From Candidatus Thorarchaeota archaeon (lineage in GTDB: Archaea; Asgardarchaeota; Thorarchaeia; Thorarchaeales; Thorarchaeaceae): a stretch of DNA of 64,000 bases. The stretch covers positions 1 to 64,000 of the forward strand of contig JBHLRZ010000002.1 of NCBI GenBank assembly GCA_048882045.1, in the 5' to 3' direction. Made by a program: the position numbers and the translations under genes. Under the pieces are notes generated by a model, which was given only the letters and a program-made list of their open reading frames with translations, ran no database searches and was not told where the DNA came from. Position 1 is the stretch's first letter. Each line of letters begins with the position of its first letter. Shown here piece after piece: positions 28,998-37,140 of the stretch.

Positions 28998-29180
28998 GAG
29001 TGTGTCGTACAATGGCAAGTAGGCCACGTCGACGAGGACACCTCTCCGACGTGCCAGGCGTTCGTCATTGACGTCATCTCTATCTCCTCAAACAAACCTC
29101 CAGGATGACCTAATGGTTGCCTTGGTGATGGAGAAGGAAGCACTCGCATGCGTTGGAATACTTCGCAGTGCGACACGCTC
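28998..29180 (+). ncRNA. Unassigned structured ncRNA (~185 nt, multibranch)
   Basis: 13-bp closing stem GAGTGTGTCGTAC (28998-29010)/GTGCGACACGCTC (29168-29180) with 2 G-U pairs; 3-4 internal hairpins; TATGTATA at 28970-28977; T-tract 29187-29200. Confidence 0.7.
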
Positions 29181-29186
29181 GAGCCG

Positions 29187-29200
29187 TTTATTTTTTCTTT
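29187..29200 (+). terminator. Oligo-T terminator of the putative ncRNA
   Basis: TTTATTTTTTCTTT just downstream of the closing stem. Confidence 0.6.
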
Positions 29201-29745
29201 CATTCAGATTTTCTTCTAGAGATTTCTGACTTCAAGGCAAGTGATGTAGAGAGTTCATCGAGAGCAGACATGATTGTCCGTTCAGTGACTCTGATACTTT
29301 CTAGTTCTTCTGTTGTCAGTTCTTTCTTCCCTGCAAGTATGTCTCGAATCCTTCTGTAGTCACCGATCCTAGCCGCAACTTCTTCAAACGGTCTGAAGAT
29401 AGTAAACTCGAATAGACCCAGATATGCGAGAAGTAGCATTGTGTAGAAACATCGTGTGAGGTTTCTCCTAGCTTGCATGAGCGTCCGGTTGAATGCTCCT
29501 CTGGACACACCACGTGATCTAGTCCCTTCTTTAGATCGAAAAGATGCCTTGTCTTCGTATGTAATATGAGATCCATAGGAGTCTTCTACTACTAAGTCTA
29601 TGAGAAGAGTTTCGATTTGTGCCTCACTTAGAAAAGATCCTTCTTGGAGTTTTTTCAGTATTGGTTCTTTCAGAACTTGTTTTGCACCTGATGTCAGCTG
29701 TTTCACTTTGTCCTTTCCTTCACTTTGTTTTGGGTTCAAAGTCAA
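29200..29745 (-). CDS. Conserved archaeal HTH-type protein
   Basis: LSEAQIETLL..., YEDKASFR...GVSRGAFNRTLMQARRNL (sigma-region-4-like HTH). Confidence 0.7.
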   Translation of the reverse strand: MTLNPKQSEGKDKVKQLTSGAKQVLKEPILKKLQEGSFLSEAQIETLLIDLVVEDSYGSHITYEDKASFRSKEGTRSRGVSRGAFNRTLMQARRNLTRCFYTMLLLAYLGLFEFTIFRPFEEVAARIGDYRRIRDILAGKKELTTEELESIRVTERTIMSALDELSTSLALKSEISRRKSE

Positions 29746-29937
29746 ATCACTCTCTATCTGGCTTTTTAGACTACTCGCTCCAGAAGGCTCAGGAATGCCA
29801 TAGAATGCATTTCTTCGAAGCGTGTAATTGTCCTTATGGGCGGATACAACTTTGTATACAAAAATCAGTTTGATATGGAGCTTAAGAAGGTTAAGGTCAA
29901 GTTTGAATGTGATAATTGTAATACAATGAAACAGTGT

Positions 29938-30348
29938 CTATCTTTTTGAAAGAGTCCATTCAGATTCTGGGGTCATAGCTACAAATCCCAAAATTAAATT
30001 TCCACGGATCTCATCAAACTTGTACACTCCAAATACATTCCTTCCCGAGTCGTCAGTCCATTCAACACGACCACGTAGTAAGTAATGCTGGAACACAACA
30101 CGACTCTGTTTTCTAACAGATGCGAAGAGATTTTTGTATCTCCTACGTTGGGAAGGTCTGATTCCCCATCTAACAAAAATGAATCTGTTAGTGAGACTGT
30201 TACTGGAGATTAGAACAGACTTTCTACCTCGAGTATTGATGGCTTCCTTGAGTGCGTTTCTAAGACACTCAGGTATAGAAGCCAATATGGATGGAGTTGG
30301 ATCGGGTTCACGAACGAGCTGTCGAGTACGTACACTGCGGTCTGTCAC
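29938..30348 (-). CDS. Basic hypothetical protein, possibly winged-helix nucleic-acid binding
   Basis: 136 aa, very Arg-rich, helices followed by a beta-hairpin ending VYKF. Confidence 0.6.
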   Translation of the reverse strand: MTDRSVRTRQLVREPDPTPSILASIPECLRNALKEAINTRGRKSVLISSNSLTNRFIFVRWGIRPSQRRRYKNLFASVRKQSRVVFQHYLLRGRVEWTDDSGRNVFGVYKFDEIRGNLILGFVAMTPESEWTLSKR

Positions 30349-30520
30349 GTTGGTTCAATACTTTTTTCCGATAGGAGCCTTAAGAGGTCCTACAAAGTTT
30401 GTCACTTCATTGAATTATTATCATGGATGCCATTGAATACGGCGAAGGTGTTGACCCTTTGATGGAGCAAGCTGTGATTGATTTAGTTGATAAATAGTTG
30501 TAATACAAGTATTAGATGGG

Positions 30521-31135
30521 TTACAATGTAGATTTGACTTGTTCAAGTCCTAATTTTGTTGCATCAATATTGATCTTCTCGAACTTCTTTGGAAATGCGT
30601 CTTTTACCACATTGATTGCTTCGTCTTCAGAAATTGGAATGATATCTGTACCAATTATAGCACCTAACATAACCATGTTGAGAGCTCGGGTACTACCAGC
30701 CTTCACTGCCAACTCCATTGCATCGAACTCTATGATTTTGTCTGTGAATTCATTCATTCTCTTTATGATTTCATCATGACTAGGGTATTCCGCTTTACCC
30801 ATTGAAACTGCAACAGGATGTTGAATATGTGAACTCATGAGAACAAAACCACCTTTCTTCACAAGATGAATTTCTCTGAGAGTTTCAACAGGTTCGAATC
30901 CAACGAGAATGTGTGCAGTGCCAGGATCTATGATAGGACCCTTGGCATCTTCGCCAACTCTGACTGTGCAGACAACATGTCCTCCTCTTTGAGCCATTCC
31001 ATGGATTTCACCCACACGAACATTGAGCCCACAGTGAAGAGCAGCTCTTGCAAGGATTTCAGCAAGCGAAAGAACTCCTTGACCACCCACTCCAGTGATG
31101 GCGACATTGATTGTATTACCATTATTACCAGTCAT
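30521..31135 (-). CDS. iorB: Indolepyruvate:ferredoxin oxidoreductase beta subunit
   Basis: GVGGQG, EIHGMAQRGG.V...VR, NMVMLGA. Confidence 0.95.
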   Translation of the reverse strand: MTGNNGNTINVAITGVGGQGVLSLAEILARAALHCGLNVRVGEIHGMAQRGGHVVCTVRVGEDAKGPIIDPGTAHILVGFEPVETLREIHLVKKGGFVLMSSHIQHPVAVSMGKAEYPSHDEIIKRMNEFTDKIIEFDAMELAVKAGSTRALNMVMLGAIIGTDIIPISEDEAINVVKDAFPKKFEKINIDATKLGLEQVKSTL

Positions 31136-33028
31136 CTATGGTTCCTCCTGTTTGATTGCGCCCTGAGGACACACTGAAACACAAGTACCACATAGGTTGC
31201 ATAGTGTTTCATCAATCACAGCCTGTTCGGTTTCAGGATCCATATACATTGCTGGACAAGAAAGTCTGTTGAGACAACGTTTGCATGCATTACAAATCTC
31301 TGAGTCTACATAGTACTTTGGCGGGAACTCTCCAGTTCGTTGACGATCAGCAGCTGTAAGGAGAGCACAAGGTTCCTTTGAAATCAATACAGCAGGACTG
31401 TGATTATCTCGAGTCCACTTGACCATCTCACGGACTTCTGCAACAAGGGTAGCCATGGATTCAAACGGTTCAACAGTCTTGGTGTATTTGACTCCTAGTC
31501 CTTTGCATACTTCTTCGATATCAATTGGTGGAACTTCCTTTTGCATACCAGTCAAACCTGTACCTGGATGAGGCTGATGACCAGTCATCGCAGTTGTCCT
31601 GTTGTCAAGTACTACAAGAGCAATCCGATGTTGATTATATACAGCATTAGCAATACCAGGTAGACCAGATGCAAAGAACGTACTATCACCTATTGTTGCT
31701 ACAACATCTTGGTCAGTGACCTCTGCAATTCCACATGCAGTCGTGATTGACGATCCCATATCAAACAAGATGTCAGCTGTTTCTAGGGGTGGAGCAATAC
31801 TCAATGTGTAGCATCCGATGTCAGAAGGATAGATGGCCTTTCCTCTCGTTGCCGTTCTGATTGCATAGTAGGTTGCACGATGTGGACATCCCGCACAGAG
31901 GAGTGGCGGTCTCGGTGGGAGTTCGGGGAGTTTCTCTGTCTTTTTGTCAATTTCTTCCCAGTTAATAGGTGTATTACATGTAGTAATCTTGCTCAATGCG
32001 TCCATTACGATTCTCGGACTGAACTCGTACGTTCGTGCAAAGTAACCTTGCTCTTTCCCAAGGATGTCAACATCGATCTTGTTGAGTTGTGCCAGTCTTC
32101 TTGCATGAGTTTCGAGATACGGTTCAAGCTCTTCAACAACCAGGACTTGTGCGTGTCGCGAAAGGAAATCCATAATCATCTTTTCAGGAATTGGATGAGT
32201 TATTCCAAGCTTCAGTACTTCTGCTTTGACACCTATGGTTGATAATGCTTCAACGACATAATTGTAGGATACACCACTTGTGATTATTCCAAGATCTCCC
32301 TTGCCTTCTGTATAGTTCAGTGGACTCTTCTCAGAGAATTCACGTGCAAGTTCTATCTGACCAAGGAGCCAAGGATGTCGTTTCCTTGCAACAGAAGGAA
32401 CAGGCACAAACCGAAATGGTTCCTTTTCGAACTCTACCTTGCTTGGACGAGGTAGTATCTTTCCGAATTCTATAGGAGCTCGTGTGTGATTGACTCGAGT
32501 TGTAGTACGGAACAAGACTGGAAGTTCAAATTGTTCAGAAAACTTGTAGGCTTCAAGGAGCATTGACTTTGCTTCTATTGGATCAGCTGGTTCCATCATT
32601 GGCATGTTTCCCATCAGTGCATAATACCTGCTGTCATTCTCGTTCTGGGAACTCCACATACTGGGATCATCGGCGACTACTATCACCATTCCAGCACGAA
32701 CACCGACATAGCTCAGTGAGAAGAATGGGTCTGCAGCAACGTTTAGTCCTGGACCCTTACAGACCATCATTGATCTCACACCAGATACTGCGGCTGCACC
32801 CGCTACTTCCAATGCAACCTTTTCGTTCGTACTGAATTCAAAATAGAAGTCTGGAATGTGTGGTGCCATGGAAGTCAGGTTGTTACCAATTTCACTACTC
32901 GGCGTTCCAGGATATAGGGCAACAAGCCGTACACCTGCTTCCAACACTCCGCGTGCTATAGCTTCATTGGCAAGAAGAAGTATTTTCTTTCCTGGTTTGT
33001 CCTCAAGAAGTTCCTTGGGTTTGGCCAA
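31136..33028 (-). CDS. iorA: Indolepyruvate:ferredoxin oxidoreductase alpha subunit
   Basis: YPGTPSSEI, NEKVALE, RPPLLCAGCPHR, DIGCY, GDSTFF, C-terminal 2x[4Fe-4S]. Confidence 0.96.
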   Translation of the reverse strand: MAKPKELLEDKPGKKILLLANEAIARGVLEAGVRLVALYPGTPSSEIGNNLTSMAPHIPDFYFEFSTNEKVALEVAGAAAVSGVRSMMVCKGPGLNVAADPFFSLSYVGVRAGMVIVVADDPSMWSSQNENDSRYYALMGNMPMMEPADPIEAKSMLLEAYKFSEQFELPVLFRTTTRVNHTRAPIEFGKILPRPSKVEFEKEPFRFVPVPSVARKRHPWLLGQIELAREFSEKSPLNYTEGKGDLGIITSGVSYNYVVEALSTIGVKAEVLKLGITHPIPEKMIMDFLSRHAQVLVVEELEPYLETHARRLAQLNKIDVDILGKEQGYFARTYEFSPRIVMDALSKITTCNTPINWEEIDKKTEKLPELPPRPPLLCAGCPHRATYYAIRTATRGKAIYPSDIGCYTLSIAPPLETADILFDMGSSITTACGIAEVTDQDVVATIGDSTFFASGLPGIANAVYNQHRIALVVLDNRTTAMTGHQPHPGTGLTGMQKEVPPIDIEEVCKGLGVKYTKTVEPFESMATLVAEVREMVKWTRDNHSPAVLISKEPCALLTAADRQRTGEFPPKYYVDSEICNACKRCLNRLSCPAMYMDPETEQAVIDETLCNLCGTCVSVCPQGAIKQEEP

Positions 33029-33149
33029 TCACAGATCCTCCGTTCATGGATATTTCGAGTGAGATTATGAACGATGTATCAGTTTTGTGGTACTGGACAA
33101 GTATCATAACGTTTGGAACACGTGTTCTAGTTAGTATTGCGCACATAAG

Positions 33150-33316
33150 ACCCCTTCATTTCCACTGGAAGAGATCTATGGAAAAGTCTACGGCGGGCGT
33201 GTGTGTATGCATTATAAAAATGGAGATAAAGAACGGCTGCATAAACGATTATAAATACTTTTGGATATTTTACCGATTAGACATATTTGAATAGTTTCTA
33301 GTGGAAACAAGGGGGT
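33150..33316. other. Putative replication origin: inverted ORB pair flanking an AT-rich spacer
   Basis: Minus 33172-33150 TCTTCCAGTGGAAATGAAGGGGT; plus 33294-33316 GTTTCTAGTGGAAACAAGGGGGT; both match the archaeal ORB (TTCCAGTGGAAA + G-string); 121-bp spacer. Confidence 0.8.
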
Positions 33317-33402
33317 TCAATTGTCATTAGAACACATGTTCTAAGCCATTTTTGAAGATCCTATTGTGTGTATTACAATTAATAGAATCTGGAACACGTG
33401 TT

Positions 33403-33702
33403 CTAAAAGATTTCTTCAACTACTTCAAAGATCTTGATTTTTAGAATGTCTTCATACATCTCAAAGAGAGCATCAAATACGATTCGATGTTCCACTGGAA
33501 CTAGGATTGCTGAATCAGCAACAGCTTTTGCTCCTGGACACTCATCTAGAAGACCAGGCTTCTTTTTCTTTTTGATACCAGATTTGGTTCTCCATGAATA
33601 CACAAATCCATAGAGCTCCTTTGTAAAAGAAACACGTCGTGCGTTACTACGTCTTGCCTGTCGACAATCATAGAGATACAGATATGCTGTCACTCGAATC
33701 AA
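33403..33702 (-). CDS. Small basic Cas2/PaaX-like ferredoxin-fold protein
   Basis: YLYLYD, R..F.KELYG, K.PGLL, DSAILVP pattern; no cas genes nearby. Confidence 0.6.
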   Translation of the reverse strand: MIRVTAYLYLYDCRQARRSNARRVSFTKELYGFVYSWRTKSGIKKKKKPGLLDECPGAKAVADSAILVPVEHRIVFDALFEMYEDILKIKIFEVVEEIF

Positions 33703-33835
33703 CCAGACAAAAGAACACGTGTTCTGATTTTGAGTGCTAGTAATACATGGCCTGCACGGAAAAGTTAAAGCGTATGTAGCTCGGCCCTCGAGTCTGTCAA
33801 CGAGGACATCCGACAGCAGATCAGGAGGACAATCA

Positions 33836-35128
33836 ATGAACCGGATTGGTCTTAGGAAAGAAGAAAAAGCGTATGAAACCCGAGTTCCATTGGTACCTGA
33901 TCATGTAAAATTACTACATGACAAACACGGTATTGAGTTTGTTCTTGAACCAAGCAATCAACGTGCTTTCAAGGAAGATGAGTACCATGCTGAAGTCCTA
34001 CCCCTAAAAGGAAGCAACACTCCAGTTGTATTGGGTATCAAAGAGATGCCAGCAGATTTCTTTGAAAAGAACGTAGTCTATGTATTCTTCAGTCACACTA
34101 TCAAAGGACAAGACTACAATATGCCTATGCTCAAACGTATCTTGGATGTCGGAGCCACATTGATTGACTATGAAAAAGTAGTTGACGATAAAGGTCGAAG
34201 GCTGATATTCTTTGGAAACTGGGCAGGGATGGCTGGTATTTCTGATACACTCCGCATGCTTGGCGATCGTCTAGAAGTCCTAGGTATAACACCTAATCCA
34301 TTTGCTCAGATGAATCCCACTCTTGAACTAGGTGGAGTCGAACAACTGAAACATGAGTTCGCAGAGCTTGGCAAACGTATCAAAGAACAAGGCCTACCCG
34401 AAAAACTCACTCCTTTTGTGCTTGGTTTCGCTGGTTATGGTAATGTATCAAGAGGAGCTCAGACAATATTTGACATCCTCCCACACAAAACCATCGAACC
34501 AGAAGAAATCGAAAAGGTCACTCAAGAATCACACTTGATCTACAAATGTGTCTTCAAAGAGGAACATATGGTTGAACCCCGAGATTCATCTCAACAGTTT
34601 GATCTCCAAGATTACTACATGAATGGTAAAGCAAAGTACGTCGGTGTATTTCACAAGTACATCCCATACATCACTGTGTTGATGAACTGTATCTACTGGA
34701 CTAGCAAATACCCCCGACTGGTCACAAAGGAGTTTATTCAGAACCATTGGAAACAGAAGTCCCGAAGACTACAGATTGTGGGAGATATTTCCTGTGATGT
34801 AGAAGGTGCTATCGAATTCACCCTAAAATGTACAAAACCAGATAACCCTGCATTCACCTACATTGTTGATGAAGATCGAGCCGAACTGGGTATCAAAGGC
34901 AATGGCCCAGTGGTGATGTCAGTTGATAACCTTCCAGCAGAACTTCCACGTGAATCATCCACATCATTCAGTGAAACACTTCTTGATTTCATACCTGCAC
35001 TTGCAAGAACTGACTTCACTGTTCAATTCTCTGAGCTTGACTTACCTCGGGAGCTCAAAGATGCCATAATCGTTTACAAAGGTAAACTAACTGAGAACTA
35101 TCAGTATCTCACTCAATATATCCAATAG
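33836..35128 (+). CDS. Lysine-ketoglutarate reductase-like (AlaDH/PNT fold; LKR half of AASS)
   Basis: ETRVPLVP, LGIKE.P, FFSHTIKGQ.YNM, LIDYEK, GYGNVSRGAQ, NCIYW...YPRL, DISCD, VDNLPAELP; GGAGG SD. Confidence 0.88.
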   Translation: MNRIGLRKEEKAYETRVPLVPDHVKLLHDKHGIEFVLEPSNQRAFKEDEYHAEVLPLKGSNTPVVLGIKEMPADFFEKNVVYVFFSHTIKGQDYNMPMLKRILDVGATLIDYEKVVDDKGRRLIFFGNWAGMAGISDTLRMLGDRLEVLGITPNPFAQMNPTLELGGVEQLKHEFAELGKRIKEQGLPEKLTPFVLGFAGYGNVSRGAQTIFDILPHKTIEPEEIEKVTQESHLIYKCVFKEEHMVEPRDSSQQFDLQDYYMNGKAKYVGVFHKYIPYITVLMNCIYWTSKYPRLVTKEFIQNHWKQKSRRLQIVGDISCDVEGAIEFTLKCTKPDNPAFTYIVDEDRAELGIKGNGPVVMSVDNLPAELPRESSTSFSETLLDFIPALARTDFTVQFSELDLPRELKDAIIVYKGKLTENYQYLTQYIQ

Positions 35129-35139
35129 GAGGACAACGA

Positions 35140-36456
35140 ATGAAGAATATATTATGTCTGGGTGCAGGCCTAGTCGCCCGCCCATACATCCAATATCTCT
35201 CAGACAATGGTTTCCATGTCACTGTTGCAAGTCGTACTGTGAGTAAAGCTGAACGTCTGATTGAGGGATGCAAAAATACAGAAGCAGTAGCTTTCAATAT
35301 AGGAGATGATGATGAGCTCCTTGAGGAACTTACCAAAAAATCTGACCTTGTCTGTTCTCTGCTACCCTATACATACCATGTTAAGGCTGCTAAGGTAGCA
35401 ATTAAACACAAGACCCATTTCTGTACAACGTCATACATTTCAGATGAGATGAAAGCACTAGATGACGATGCCAAGAAAGCTGGTATACTTCTTCTGAACG
35501 AGTGCGGAGTCGATCCAGGTATCGATCATATGAGTGCAATGAAGATTATCGATGAGGCTCACAACAACAATGGAAAGATTGTAAGTTTCACTTCATTCAC
35601 AGGTGGTCTTCCAGCACCTGATGCGAACAACAATCCATATGGTTACAAACTTTCATGGAGTCCACGAGGAGTACTACTTGCTGGTCGCAATGATGCACAT
35701 TTTCTCCGTGACGGAAAAGAAGTAATGATTCCTGGCCCTGAACTTTTCCAGAACTATGACCTCATGGAGGTCCCTGGAATAGGCACGTTTGAAGGGTATC
35801 CCAATCGTGACAGCCTTTCCTATATTGATATCTACAATATTCAAGAAACAGAAACAATGCTTCGTGGGACATATAGGAATGTGGGCTGGTGCGACACACT
35901 TGACAAGATAGCCGACTTGGGTCTTTTGAGTATCGAAGAAAGGACTTTCGATGGAATGACATACGGTGATCTCATACGAGAACTGACATCAACCAGCGAA
36001 TCAGATGTGAAATCTGCTGTTGCCAAGTTCTGCGGTTTCGAAATCGAAAATCCTATCATGAAACGTCTAGAATGGCTGGGCTTGTTTGAAGAGAATGAGA
36101 TTCCTTCAGGTATCAACACAATCCTGGATTCTGTCTGTAACCTCTTTGAAGAGAAGCTACAATATGCACCTGGCGAGCGTGACATGATTGTTATGCACCA
36201 CGAATTCTTAATTCAATTTCCAGACAAGAAGCAAAGGGTGACTTCTACTCTCATCGACTATGGCATCCCAAATGGGGACAGCTCAATGTCAAGGACCGTA
36301 GCCTTACCTGTTGCCATAGCAAGTAGAATGATTCTAGATGGAAAAATCACTCTGACTGGAGTTCATAGACCTATCATCCCTGAAATCTACGAACCAATTC
36401 TCAAGGAACTAGAATCACTAGACATCAAGATGGACGAGAAAACATTTGATTTGTAA
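35140..36456 (+). CDS. Saccharopine dehydrogenase (L-glutamate-forming; Lys9/SDH half of AASS)
   Basis: LGAGLV, SLLPY..H, TTSY, NECGVDPGIDHM, YKLSWSPRG, YPNRDS, RGT.R, SSMSRTV. Confidence 0.92.
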   Translation: MKNILCLGAGLVARPYIQYLSDNGFHVTVASRTVSKAERLIEGCKNTEAVAFNIGDDDELLEELTKKSDLVCSLLPYTYHVKAAKVAIKHKTHFCTTSYISDEMKALDDDAKKAGILLLNECGVDPGIDHMSAMKIIDEAHNNNGKIVSFTSFTGGLPAPDANNNPYGYKLSWSPRGVLLAGRNDAHFLRDGKEVMIPGPELFQNYDLMEVPGIGTFEGYPNRDSLSYIDIYNIQETETMLRGTYRNVGWCDTLDKIADLGLLSIEERTFDGMTYGDLIRELTSTSESDVKSAVAKFCGFEIENPIMKRLEWLGLFEENEIPSGINTILDSVCNLFEEKLQYAPGERDMIVMHHEFLIQFPDKKQRVTSTLIDYGIPNGDSSMSRTVALPVAIASRMILDGKITLTGVHRPIIPEIYEPILKELESLDIKMDEKTFDL

Positions 36457-36486
36457 AAGATTGAGGAATGGGGTTTGAACTTGAGT

Positions 36487-37113
36487 TCATTCCCCAACTC
36501 GCATCTGTATTGCAGCTAGAATCTCTTCAGCTCTATCGGTTTCTTTCTGAACTTCTGCAATCTCAGTCCGGAGTCTGTACGTATAACCAGAACGGTTTCC
36601 ATAACGCTCGAGATGTCCCTTTCCATTATTCCACATTCTTGCAAGGTATGTTGAAGCAGTACTCTTTGGTAGGTCTTCATTGAAAGAATCTTGGTAGATT
36701 TCAGTCACGTCCAATGAGGAGAACTTTCCATGCTTGAATGATGCATAGATGATCACCTGCATCTTGTCATAGTTACTCATCGACTCAAATCGAGTGTCAT
36801 CTAATCCGACTTCTGTGACCTCTTCACTAATTGGCTTGAAGATGAATCCAGTGCTTGTTTCCAAAAAAACCTTGAATTTGACAAACATCTCTTCGATGCT
36901 GCCACCTTTGACCTGAAAACTTGATTCTTCTCCCATCGTTTCGTCTGATACAACAATTTTGAAGTCGAACGGTGATTCTGTGAGAGCCAATATTTTCCGG
37001 AATCTGTTGAGGGCTTCATCAGGTTTGACATACTTGCACTGAAAGATCTCACGAAGACCAGGCGCCGAGCTATATGTGAATTCGTATACATAGTTAGTCC
37101 GGTCTTCAGTCAA
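36487..37113 (-). CDS. Winged-helix DNA-binding protein
   Basis: C-terminal FSSLDVTEIYQDSFNEDLPKSTASTYLARM...HLERYGNRSGYTYRL wHTH. Confidence 0.78.
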   Translation of the reverse strand: MTEDRTNYVYEFTYSSAPGLREIFQCKYVKPDEALNRFRKILALTESPFDFKIVVSDETMGEESSFQVKGGSIEEMFVKFKVFLETSTGFIFKPISEEVTEVGLDDTRFESMSNYDKMQVIIYASFKHGKFSSLDVTEIYQDSFNEDLPKSTASTYLARMWNNGKGHLERYGNRSGYTYRLRTEIAEVQKETDRAEEILAAIQMRVGE

Positions 37114-37140
37114 ACATCATATCTCCTATCTTCTTGATTA

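Larger units (their letters stand above)
33116..33724. repeat. Four GAACACGTGTTC palindromes
   Basis: 33116-33127, 33330-33341 (GAACACATGTTC), 33392-33403, 33713-33724. Confidence 0.9.

Noticed and set aside
29012-29113. Short ORF MASRPRRRG...TGA... as a possible selenoprotein or leader peptide
   Set aside because: No recognisable selenoprotein motif or clear SECIS; RNA folding explains the sequence better
28998-29180. SRP RNA, RNase P RNA or lysine/cobalamin riboswitch
   Set aside because: Their conserved signature sequences were not found, and no downstream same-strand gene exists to regulate
28817-29203. 128-aa minus-strand ORF
   Set aside because: Atypical composition; antisense to a well-supported RNA structure with a + strand promoter and terminator
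33046-33294. 82-aa ORF across the intergenic region
   Set aside because: Spans the ORBs/DUE; no protein-like features
33403-33702. CRISPR-Cas locus suggested by the Cas2-like protein and nearby repeats
   Set aside because: No cas1 or other cas genes; the palindromes are 12 bp and irregularly spaced, not a repeat-spacer array
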